Positions 27,563 to 40,000 of a stretch of 64,000 bases of DNA are shown in pieces (the stretch's first letter is position 1; the number at the start of each line of letters is the position of its first letter). The DNA is from an uncultured Candidatus Poseidoniales archaeon. Lineage in GTDB: Archaea > Thermoplasmatota > Poseidoniia > Poseidoniales > Thalassarchaeaceae. Made by a program: the position numbers and the translations under genes. The DNA lies in assembly GCA_964570065.1 (NCBI GenBank), contig CAZMVZ010000001.1, positions 41,652 through 105,651 on the forward strand, read 5' to 3'. A model generated the notes under the pieces. It did no database searches. It was given only the letters and a program-made list of their open reading frames with translations, and was not told the origin of the DNA.

Positions 27563-29560
27563 TCAAATCTCGAAGAACGCCTTGACTCGTTCTGCAGTTC
27601 TTTCGGGTTTCGATGTTCGCATCTTCTGCATCGAAGGCATACAATCGCTGACCCTCCTCTCTAGAAGCCTCTTCTCCAGAAGTACCACAATCGCCCTGTC
27701 CTCCTTCTTCCTAATTGGCCTTCCAAGTGCCTGAAGAATACTGTTTACAGCTGGCTGTAGACTTGCGTACTTCCATGCCCTATTCCTGTCATACTTCTTC
27801 GAATAGTACTCTAGCAAGGCATCTTGTTTGGCGCTTGGAGGTGGCAAAGGCAGACCAACGCAAACCAGAGCACTCAGAACATTTTCCGAGTAATCAACCC
27901 CCTCGGAAAGCTTCCCACTCAGGACTCCAAATAGAGCAGATCCTCCCATTTGCTTATGCTCATAGAGTTTAGAGATCAAACTCTCTACTCCCGACTTACT
28001 CATTCGCTGCTCTTCCTTGATAATTTTCTTTGGGCTCCAACTATTCTCAAATTCCCCATGAATCCTATCAAGCATAGAATAGCTGGGGGCGAAAATTGCA
28101 ACATTTCCTTTCGTGTTGTCTATTACCGACTTTACATGGCTAATTATTGATGAAAAACTCTCCTCTCTTTCAGTGTACTTGCTTGTCACATCACTTGCAA
28201 TTAGTACTGGCCTATTGCCCAAGGGGAAACCAGAAGAATACTCAATGCATGAAGAACGAATCCTCGGTATTCCTAGTATCTCTGCGTACATTTCTGGCGG
28301 GAATAGCGTTCCAGACATCAGTATGGAACCTAGACATTGTTCGAAGATTGGTTCGCCAACAACACTCGGGTCAAGTAGATGACTAGTCACCCTTGGCTCA
28401 TCAAGAAGTTCATCGAAGACTAAGGCCAATGCGGAATTTTTTCTATATCTGATACAAATTTCCAATATCTCAGCAAGCCTCGTGCAGTCGTTCTGTTCAT
28501 CTTCCTCCGAATCCTCATCTTCTTCGATTACGACCGACAACAATCGTGCAATCATCATCCTCAGAAGAGATATATCGTCTTCGGGATCCTCTTCTAGAAT
28601 CCCACCTATGGCCTTTGAAACAACATCTAGGAAATCCTGAGTAGCCACCCTTACGTCGTCTCCTTTTGTCCGTTTATTCTCGGCTTTCTTTTCTTCGAAC
28701 CATTCCCTCAGACCTGCATCATCCCTCAATGCTCTGATTTGCTTCTCCAGAGATTTCGCTTCTCTAAGCTGATTTGATTCAGGCATCTCCAAATCCGCCT
28801 CCCTTTTCTCCATGCTCTCTTTGTATTCTTCGACATCCGACAAAGCTCTTTGGAAAACTCTCTCGGTAACTCTCCTCTCAAGGCCACTCCTAATTCGATC
28901 CGGAAGGTTATGTGCCTCATCGACGATAAGAATTGTATTTTCCAAATCTATGCCCATTACTGGGAGTGAAGCATCTCTGACGCCCTCTACGAAAACATGG
29001 TTGTAGTCGCAGACGATTACTCTAGTGTTTTTTGCCGCCTCTCTTGCAGTTGCCCATGCGCACACATCCGTCTTCCTGACTCGCTTTAGAACCTGATCAA
29101 CATGCCGTGGCTCAGAATGGATGAATTCTTCCAAATCCCCCCTTAGGAACCTCCTCTCTGACTCAGTTACTCCTATTTCGCAATTGCATTTCCCCGTGGA
29201 CCTGTCCACTACTTTGCACATGCCCTCTCTCCCAATGATATCAACTACTTTCACTCTGGAGAATCCAGGTGGCAGCCTCTTGTTGATTTCACGAATTGTG
29301 TCAACAACAATCCTGTGTTGGGATTGCCTCCCTGTCAGAAACATAATCTTTGGAATTTCTGTGTTCTCACTTTGATTTGCAGCATTGAGTGCGGATGCCA
29401 GTGCTGCCGCAGTCTTGCCAATCCCCGTAGGTGCTGCCGCAAGTAGGAACCCCCTGCCCTTCAATGCGTCAATACCATCCGAGATCATCCCTATCTGGGA
29501 CTCTCTAGGAGTATCATGAGCGAAGAAAAGACTGCTATTGGACACTCCTCCACCAGACAT
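27563..29560 (-). CDS. xpd: XPD/Rad3/DinG family Fe-S ATP-dependent DNA helicase
   Basis: Q-motif PRESQ, APTGIGKT, Fe-S cysteines (GMC..CNC..VCAW), DEAHN, SGTL, SEGVDY, QALGRPIR. Confidence 0.92.
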   Translation of the reverse strand: MSGGGVSNSSLFFAHDTPRESQIGMISDGIDALKGRGFLLAAAPTGIGKTAAALASALNAANQSENTEIPKIMFLTGRQSQHRIVVDTIREINKRLPPGFSRVKVVDIIGREGMCKVVDRSTGKCNCEIGVTESERRFLRGDLEEFIHSEPRHVDQVLKRVRKTDVCAWATAREAAKNTRVIVCDYNHVFVEGVRDASLPVMGIDLENTILIVDEAHNLPDRIRSGLERRVTERVFQRALSDVEEYKESMEKREADLEMPESNQLREAKSLEKQIRALRDDAGLREWFEEKKAENKRTKGDDVRVATQDFLDVVSKAIGGILEEDPEDDISLLRMMIARLLSVVIEEDEDSEEDEQNDCTRLAEILEICIRYRKNSALALVFDELLDEPRVTSHLLDPSVVGEPIFEQCLGSILMSGTLFPPEMYAEILGIPRIRSSCIEYSSGFPLGNRPVLIASDVTSKYTEREESFSSIISHVKSVIDNTKGNVAIFAPSYSMLDRIHGEFENSWSPKKIIKEEQRMSKSGVESLISKLYEHKQMGGSALFGVLSGKLSEGVDYSENVLSALVCVGLPLPPPSAKQDALLEYYSKKYDRNRAWKYASLQPAVNSILQALGRPIRKKEDRAIVVLLEKRLLERRVSDCMPSMQKMRTSKPERTAERVKAFFEI

Positions 29561-29676
29561 GGAGATGTACTGGGAAATTGACCGTCCATAAGTTTGCATC
29601 CCAATTCATAGCATTCCATCTGGTAAGATTCGGGTTGCCCCGCACGCGTGGTGCGGGACGGTGTGTGTGTTGAGTT

Positions 29677-29871
29677 CTAACTCTGATCTGCTTTCCTGGG
29701 GATACGAGGGGCTTCGCTGGGGTCGTAACCAACTGCGTTGCTAAGCTTCTTCGCCCTGTTTCTGATGTTTCTCAGCCCGTTGCCAAATCTCCTGGCATCG
29801 CTTGATTGGTGGTTGGGGGAGCGGACACGCCGCTCCCCCGAGTTCTCTCTGTGCATCCCAACTTCGCCCAT
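29677..29871 (-). CDS. Candidate small basic protein (64 aa)
   Basis: ATG 12 nt after the RHH gene stop with AGGAG upstream; Arg/Lys-rich; no recognisable family. Confidence 0.4.
   Translation of the reverse strand: MGEVGMHRENSGERRVRSPNHQSSDARRFGNGLRNIRNRAKKLSNAVGYDPSEAPRIPRKADQS
29815..29839. repeat. Perfect 10-bp inverted repeat GGGGGAGCGG-acacg-CCGCTCCCCC
   Basis: Read directly. A second hairpin, CCCGCAC-gcgtg-GTGCGGG, lies at 29639-29657. Confidence 0.85.
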
Positions 29872-29882
29872 ATCTCTCTCTC

Positions 29883-30248
29883 CTAAGCGTTTGAATCCTC
29901 ATCGTGTCTGAAGCGCAACTCATCCATGCGCTTTCTCAGTAGGTCCACTACCGTGGCCCCTTCGATCATCTCCTTGCGGATCATCTCCCTTGCCGATTGT
30001 CTTAGGACAACATCCGCCGGCTCACCAACAATCTTGCAGTAGTCTCTCAGCCTGACAGTTAACTCCGGGCCTAGGTCCACTTCCACTCGATCCCCCTTTC
30101 CAGGAAGGGGTGTCGACAGCATCCTCCTCACTGCCTCTCTAATCACGTCGGACCTGTTTCTCATCCCATCGAAGCCCACGAGTCTGTCTAGTTCCAGGAG
30201 GTGATCCTCTGGAATCCTCATCGAGACCATTGGACTGTTGCCGGGCAC
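29883..30248 (-). CDS. Ribbon-helix-helix (CopG/NikR/CdrS-like) transcription regulator, probably two RHH units
   Basis: MVSMRIPEDHLLELDRLV...NRSDVIREAVRRML; second unit RVEVDLGPELTVRLRDYC...VVLRQSAREMI. GTG start preceded by GGAGG. Confidence 0.85.
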   Translation of the reverse strand: MPGNSPMVSMRIPEDHLLELDRLVGFDGMRNRSDVIREAVRRMLSTPLPGKGDRVEVDLGPELTVRLRDYCKIVGEPADVVLRQSAREMIRKEMIEGATVVDLLRKRMDELRFRHDEDSNA

Positions 30249-30291
30249 CTCCTGTTCCTCCTGAGTCTGCCAGAGACGCGTACAGGATATA

Positions 30292-30326
30292 ATTGTATTG
30301 CAATTGAAATGCAAATGAAATACAAT
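30292..30326. promoter_or_regulatory. Imperfect 15-bp inverted repeat (probable operator) in the AT-rich divergent promoter region
   Basis: ATTGTATTGCAATTG-aaatg-CAAATGAAATACAAT, 13/15 complementary, between the RHH gene and the HD gene. Confidence 0.6.
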
Positions 30327-30409
30327 AACGATATTATTGAAACATCCTATTGATGGCCCCTAACGAGCGATTCAAGGCACATGGTCTTCTGGCATCGCAT
30401 GGTGTATCT

Positions 30410-31726
30410 GTGAAAGTCATCAATGATGCCATACATGGCCAATTCAAACTGAAGGGAGTTGCCCAAGATCTCCTTTCCACTCCTGAGATGAACAAACTAA
30501 GTCACATTAAGCAACTGGGTTTGGCTCATTTGGTTTTCCCCGGCGCTCACCATACTAGGTTTGAGCACTCACTTGGGGCCTCGCACATCGCAGGAAGAAT
30601 GGCCGACTCCCTTTCAATGGAAGATATCGACACGGACACCCTGCAGGTTGCTGCTATGCTCCATGACGTTGGTCACGGCCCCTACTCACACACATTGGAG
30701 CATATTCTGGCCGATAGAGGGGGGATGGATCACATGGAGGTTACGAAAGGAATCATCCTCGGGGAATATGACGTAATCGTTGATGGAGAAGGGGAGTCAA
30801 TAGACGAAAGGAAATCAATTCCTGGTATCCTGGAGGATCACGGCCTAGATCCAAAGCTAGTTTCCTCACTTATCACCGGTCCCGACGCATCAGGAACAGA
30901 GAGATCGTTGCTTAGTTGGACGGAGGGCAGAGAGGATTTCTCTGGGGAGGATAAGACATTGGCACAACTTGTTCACGGGCCCGTAGATTGCGATCAACTG
31001 GACTATTTGCTGAGAGACTCACATTTCACAGGAGTAAAGCATGGGGTGGTTGACCACAACCGTCTAATTGAGTGCCTACGTAGTCAGGGTGGAGACATTG
31101 TTGTCAAGCAGGGCGGCCTTTCGGCACTAGAGGGAATGTTGGTGGCCAGAGGGCTAATGTACAGCGCGGTTTACTTCCATAGAGTTACACGAGTAACCGA
31201 GGTAATGCTTTCTCGTGCCGTTGAGAGGGCAGGGGATGCATTGCCAGACTCTATCGATCTTCAGAGGAGAGTCGACGCGGAGATTTGGGGGGCTCTTGAC
31301 AAGGCGGGTGGTTTTTCCAGGGACATGATTACACGACTCAAGTATCGGAACCTGCTGAAAGTTTGCCTGAGTCGTAGGAAGGACGATCTGAGTCCTGAGC
31401 AGATTGAAAGACTCGCATCAATAGCCAATGAATTGAGTGTTAGGAGGGAGATAGAGGATGACATAGCATTCCGTGCAGGTATGGAACCAGGATATGTTGC
31501 AATCGATGTCCCAAGTGTGAAACTCCTTCTCTCAGAGCCTAGAATGGCCCAAGTCGATGTCAAGGTAGTTGGCGATGATGGCAAGACGCGATGGCTCAAG
31601 GAGGTCACCCCCATGGCCGAAGCACTGAGAAAGAGGCAGGTCAGTCAAGAAGCAGTCTACGTGATGACTTTGCCAGGGAACGAGAAAAGAGTAGCCGAAA
31701 TCGCTAATCAGATACTGTTCGAATAA
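30410..31726 (+). CDS. HD-domain phosphohydrolase (dNTP triphosphohydrolase / SAMHD1-YdhJ-like)
   Basis: KVINDAIHG, IKQLG...FPGAHHTRFEHSLG, LHDVGHGPYSH, DCDQLDYLLRDS, MYSAVYFH. Confidence 0.9.
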   Translation: MKVINDAIHGQFKLKGVAQDLLSTPEMNKLSHIKQLGLAHLVFPGAHHTRFEHSLGASHIAGRMADSLSMEDIDTDTLQVAAMLHDVGHGPYSHTLEHILADRGGMDHMEVTKGIILGEYDVIVDGEGESIDERKSIPGILEDHGLDPKLVSSLITGPDASGTERSLLSWTEGREDFSGEDKTLAQLVHGPVDCDQLDYLLRDSHFTGVKHGVVDHNRLIECLRSQGGDIVVKQGGLSALEGMLVARGLMYSAVYFHRVTRVTEVMLSRAVERAGDALPDSIDLQRRVDAEIWGALDKAGGFSRDMITRLKYRNLLKVCLSRRKDDLSPEQIERLASIANELSVRREIEDDIAFRAGMEPGYVAIDVPSVKLLLSEPRMAQVDVKVVGDDGKTRWLKEVTPMAEALRKRQVSQEAVYVMTLPGNEKRVAEIANQILFE

Positions 31727-31796
31727 CGCCACATTACCTGATTGCTTACTTGGAACATTCAAAAGGGGAACAAAGGCAGGGGCGCTCGCCCAATAA

Positions 31797-34906
<3,110 letters not shown>

Positions 34907-34997
34907 GAATATCACCCCTCCGGGCTCAATCAATCCACAGATTTTCCACTCCCACAATCGTGCGAAGGTTCATCCTCCGATTTTCACTGCCAGAGGC

Positions 34998-35681
34998 ATG
35001 TCATCGGATTCACTTCCTTGGGATGACCCCCTAATCGCTCCCCTTCTGGTGCTCTGGCTATACCTCCCAGGATATCTTTCCAACACTGCAGCAATGCTAG
35101 GGGGGAAGTGGATTCCAGATTTGACAGGAATCCCCGTTTTCACTATTGATGGAGGCAGGGTGATGTCAGATGGGAACAGAGTTTTGGGTGATGGAAAGAC
35201 CTGGAATGGCCTAATTGGAGGGACTATAGGAGGTGGTCTATTGGGGATCCTAACTCATTCAATTGCGAATGGAAATACGGTTGATTCTGCTCCATTCCTC
35301 GACCCCCTCTCGACATATGGGACGAACTCATCGGAGATCTCGGATGCGTGGTTCTACTTTGGAGGGGAATCGGTTGCCGCATTTACCATCGGATGCGTAC
35401 TTGGATTGGGGTGCATGGTGGGTGACTCAGCGGGTTCCTTCGTCAAGCGAAGACTCGGGCACAAGAGGGAAGGAAGCGTCAGCTCAAAGGCCCCGCTGCT
35501 TGACACAATCCCTTTCGCGGCCTCTGCTTTCGTCTTCGGGCAATTCCTACTCGCACCATCCATTGTGGGTAGCCCCGAACTACTGATGGGGATGGTAGTA
35601 CTCCTATTTGCAACGCCAATTCTACACAGGTCCTTCAACATCATTGGATTTCGATTGGGGCTCAAGTCAGTACCATACTAG
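34998..35681 (+). CDS. carS: CDP-archaeol synthase (CDP-2,3-bis-O-geranylgeranyl-sn-glycerol synthase)
   Basis: LPGYLSNTAA, IDGGR..DGNRVLGDGKTWNG, GDSAGSFVKRRLG, APLLD, LHRSFNIIGFRLGLKSVPY. Confidence 0.92.
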   Translation: MSSDSLPWDDPLIAPLLVLWLYLPGYLSNTAAMLGGKWIPDLTGIPVFTIDGGRVMSDGNRVLGDGKTWNGLIGGTIGGGLLGILTHSIANGNTVDSAPFLDPLSTYGTNSSEISDAWFYFGGESVAAFTIGCVLGLGCMVGDSAGSFVKRRLGHKREGSVSSKAPLLDTIPFAASAFVFGQFLLAPSIVGSPELLMGMVVLLFATPILHRSFNIIGFRLGLKSVPY

Positions 35682-35730
35682 GCAACATCTCATGTGCAAT
35701 CCATTATCACTAGAATAGCGAGCGCGAATC

Positions 35731-37002
35731 ATGGTCGGAATGGAAGTAATGGTGGTTGGTTCCGGTGGCCGAGAACACGCATTGGCGCTGGGGCTTTCTC
35801 AGAGTGATTCCGTTTCTTCAGTCCACTGCACACCTGGAAACGCTGGGACATCGATGGTTGCTACCAATCACGATATCTCGGTTTCTGACATCGAGGGAAT
35901 CGTCAGTCTAGCAAAGGAGTTGATGGTATCATTGGTTGTTGTTGGTCCCGAGGCACCACTAGTGAATGGACTATCAGATAGGCTAAGACAGGAATCAATA
36001 CCCAGCTTCGGACCTCATTCCGAAGGGGCACTCCTAGAAGGATCCAAGACTCATGCAAAGACGATTATGGAGTCACTCGGAGTTCCAACAGGGAGATTCG
36101 AGAGGATTGACGAAATTGACTCAATAGAGTCCAGCTTGGAATCATTTGTACCTCCATGGGTCATCAAGAGAGACGTACTCGCGGGAGGGAAGGGAGTAAC
36201 TGTTACCTCTTCAAGAAAAGAGGCGCATGAAGCACTGAGAAATGGGATTGAAACAGATGGTTTTGTCCTCATGGAAGAGCATCTTTCAGGAGAGGAGGCC
36301 TCAGTCCTAGTGATTATGGACGAGTCTGGTTATGTGATGCTTCCAGCAAGCCAGGACCACAAGAGAGTCGGAAATAATGACGAAGGCCCAAACACCGGGG
36401 GGATGGGTGCATATGCGCCCGCTCCAGTCGCAACACCATCAGTATTGGCCAGGACAAGGGAAGAGATAGTAGAACCAATGCACCACCACCTAAGAAATTC
36501 CGAGATACCCTATCGTGGCTGCCTATACGTCGGCCTGATGATCGATGAGAATGGAGCTCCGAATGTTGTCGAGTTCAATGTGAGGCTGGGAGATCCGGAG
36601 GCTCAGGTCACCATTCCGTTGTTCCAGTCAGATTTGGGACTGGTTCTTCTTGCAGTTGCGCAGGGAAATCTTGCAGACATTGACGTTGAATTCAAAAAAG
36701 TCCACGCTGCAACAGTTGTCTTAGCAGCAGAGGGATATCCTGGGGATGTTGTTTCGGGTAGGCTGATCGAGGGCTGGGATGCAACAATAGAAGAAGGACA
36801 GGTTCTCGGCTTTGTCCATCTCGCCGGAGCAAACAGGAAGGATTCAGGAGAACTAATCTCAACTGGGGGGCGGGTACTCTCGGCAACTGGAATTGCGCCT
36901 ACACTTGGCGAGGCGTTGGAGGCCTCATACCAGATAATCGGAGGAATCGAACTGGAAGGCTCCCATTATAGGGAAGACATCGGTTTCCGTGCACTTCCGT
37001 GA
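35731..37002 (+). CDS. purD: Phosphoribosylamine--glycine ligase
   Basis: VGSGGREHAL, PGNAG, VVGPEAPL, LEGSK, QDHKR..DEGPNTGGMGAY, EFNVRLGDPE, TGGRVL. Confidence 0.97.
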   Translation: MVGMEVMVVGSGGREHALALGLSQSDSVSSVHCTPGNAGTSMVATNHDISVSDIEGIVSLAKELMVSLVVVGPEAPLVNGLSDRLRQESIPSFGPHSEGALLEGSKTHAKTIMESLGVPTGRFERIDEIDSIESSLESFVPPWVIKRDVLAGGKGVTVTSSRKEAHEALRNGIETDGFVLMEEHLSGEEASVLVIMDESGYVMLPASQDHKRVGNNDEGPNTGGMGAYAPAPVATPSVLARTREEIVEPMHHHLRNSEIPYRGCLYVGLMIDENGAPNVVEFNVRLGDPEAQVTIPLFQSDLGLVLLAVAQGNLADIDVEFKKVHAATVVLAAEGYPGDVVSGRLIEGWDATIEEGQVLGFVHLAGANRKDSGELISTGGRVLSATGIAPTLGEALEASYQIIGGIELEGSHYREDIGFRALP

Positions 37003-37068
37003 TGAAAAATAGCACCAATCTATGGGTTATCTTTCCAATCCGTTCTACGAACGGTTAAAACAAGCGTT

Positions 37069-40000
37069 TTGGTCGGCGCGATGCTGAGTCATTGGCAAAT
37101 AGGTCCGGTGGATGGGATGGAACAGGAGAAAGATACCCTTCAAGTTGTTCAATTCAACAACCTTGCCGCGCCTGTTGCTATCACTCTGGCACTACTTGGT
37201 TTGACTATCGTCGCTTCCACTCTGGAAGGCAGAGAAGTAGGCGGCGATTTCCTCTATACAGCCATCCTGATCTCACTATCAGTGTTAATTCCAGCATGTA
37301 TTGGCAGGTCTTCCTGGCTGATTCCTCTTGATTCCGGATCCCTGCGTGTCGGCGCTATCACTCTCGCGGTATCGCTCATAGGAATAATCGCAAATTCAGC
37401 AGATCCAGAAAATTTCAACCATATGTTCGTTGCCACATTCGTCTTCGTTGGATTCGCTTCAGCCGCCTTAAACGAATCAGAACGATTTGAAGAGTCTGCA
37501 ACTCTCCTCTCAATAGTTCTGGGGATGCGTCTTGCGGCATTCTATGCAGGAGGACTCATCATCGCTCAAAGTGACTCTCTTGCTGTGATAGACACCGTCA
37601 GGGAAGCAATCGGAGCTGCATTCTTCTCATTCTGGCTCTCTTCAATATCACTCGGTTTCCTTGTGATGGTCGGACTAAGGGGGGCAATCGAGAATCGGGG
37701 CAAGGGGAATCTAATGGCCAATCTTCCAAACATTAGGGAGAATCCAGAGGTGGGAATATACGCGTCACTAGTATTCGCTAGTTTCTTGGTTCCACTAATC
37801 TGGATCAGCCAGATTGACTCTCTCCAGGATTTCTCTCAGCAGAACCACATTGGATTGGCATGGGCATCATTCTCTGCATTAGTGATCTTCATTCATGCAT
37901 TCTTCAGAGCAGAGGGATGGCACGTATTGGGTGCACTTCTGGCAGTGAACTGGATTCTTTACTCCATTGGCCATATTCATGAGATTGGTAACGAACTACC
38001 ATCCTTATTCTCCGAGGACGGATTCATTGGCTCCTTCACCTGGTTCTTCCTGTGGTTCTGGATGACCTTCTTCACACTCTTCTTTGCTTCCAGAGGGGTT
38101 TTCGGAGATATCGCCCCTAGAAGGGAGAGGAGTGGATTCAGAGTCTGGTGGGATGTCAACTCCTACGTAGTGATGGTTACTCTTGCCTTCTTGATAGCAC
38201 TCATCGTGAGAACCGCATGGAACGTAATCCCGGCAATGAATGCGAATGGAACCGGGCTATGGGACATGACCGGTGGTTCCGATCCTTGGTACATGAAGAG
38301 AGTAGTGGACTACGTTATTGCTGAGAGGAGCCATCTGATTTTCGATCATGATAGGGCTTACCCAGCCGGGGGGATTAATCCAAGGCCCCCGCTCTTCTCT
38401 TGGTCCCTAGCACTAGGTGGTTTGGCTCTCTCTTGGATCCTTGAGATCCCAGCCGACCAAGCAGTGTGGTGGTCCATGTCTGCTCTACCAGCAGTCTACG
38501 GCGCCCTCATAGTCCTCCCAATTGCTGGGATAGCCTCACGCGCACACAGCAGGAGGGCTGGCATAATTGCAGCATGGCTGATAGCACTAATGCCGGGTCA
38601 CATGAGCCGCTCAACATTCGCGATGTCGGACCACGACTCCTTCGCAATGCTTTTCCTGGCCATAGCATTCTACTACTGGATCAGGGCGATCGGGCATATC
38701 GATCACAATAGAATCTTCAAGTCAACTAGCACAAACCCTCTGTACATTATTGCAGGAATGAGGGAGACGTGGAAGAGGAACCCTTCATTGATGGCGAATG
38801 CATCAATGGCCGGAATCGCTTTCTCAATCATGGCCCTTGGGTGGAAAGGATTCGTTTACGGCCCGGGAATCCTCTTCCTTGCTTACTCATTCCAAGTTGC
38901 GATTAACATTTTCAAAGGAAGGGACAGCCTTCAATTCACCTCTGCGGCTCTTCAAATGATGCTAGTCGCAATCCTCATTCCGACTCCATTCTATGCCTGG
39001 CCGGGGATGAATCTCCTTTTCGCACCCAGTGGAATGCAGCCTATGTTCTACATAATCGGGTTCACATTCGCGATGGGATGGGTGTCTAGCTCATTCAGGG
39101 ACAAGCCTTGGCTGTTGGTAGTCCTAGGGGGAAGCGCATTATTCGGTTCGATACTCGCTTTGCTATACATTCTCCAAGTTAGGGATCTTTTCAATGGGTG
39201 GGACATTCTCTTTACCGGTGGTTTCTACTTCTCCAAGAACAAGATATTCGGCACTATCGGTGAGGCTCAAGCTCCCGAGAGGGGCGTTCTTTTCGCATCC
39301 TACGGCCCCATAGTGGCTCTAATCGCAATAGGTTGCGCATTCTTGCTACTGTGGAGGGGCAGTAGGAAGAACAAGTCAGATCTAACTCTTCTTGGACTCT
39401 GGACCATTATCGCCACATACATGGCATGGTCAGCCGGCCGTTTCATAATCAACGCCACCCCAGTAGTCGCAGTAGTGGGTGGAATCGGTATTTCCATGCT
39501 ATGGGGGTCAGCAAGTTTGCCCGCCTTCACCAAGGTATGGAGGAACTCCGGGATCGGAACTCCAAGGACCCGTTTCAAGTCCCTATGGCCGGCCACCAAA
39601 GCACGTCCAGGGGTTCCGGCCATGGTCATGGTTTTGCTCCTCATCACATCTCAACACGCGACTTATGGGATCGATGCTGGAATCCCAAGAGGTGATCAGT
39701 CTGCGAACGAAATCGACCAGAGCCTATACGACATTGTCCCGGACATACTGAGGCAAGACTTGCTAGGTCTCTTTTCAGTCATGAATAGCGATACGTACGA
39801 CCAAAGCGATTCTGGTCTATGGTACATGGGTACTTTCGGCCCAAGCTTCAATTCACAGGGCTGGAACGAGGCATACGACTGGCTCTCCCAGCAAGATAGC
39901 GAAACACCATTCAGCGATCGTCCCGCCTTCGTTTCCTGGTGGGACTATGGTTTCCAAGCCCTGGCTTCCGGACAGCATCCCACGGTTGCCGACAACTTCC

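Noticed and set aside
29600..29882. RNase P RNA or SRP RNA as the identity of the structured gap
   Set aside because: Size fits, but no GAGGAAAGTCC/AACAGAA P4 elements and no SRP helix-8 GNRA motif were found on either strand
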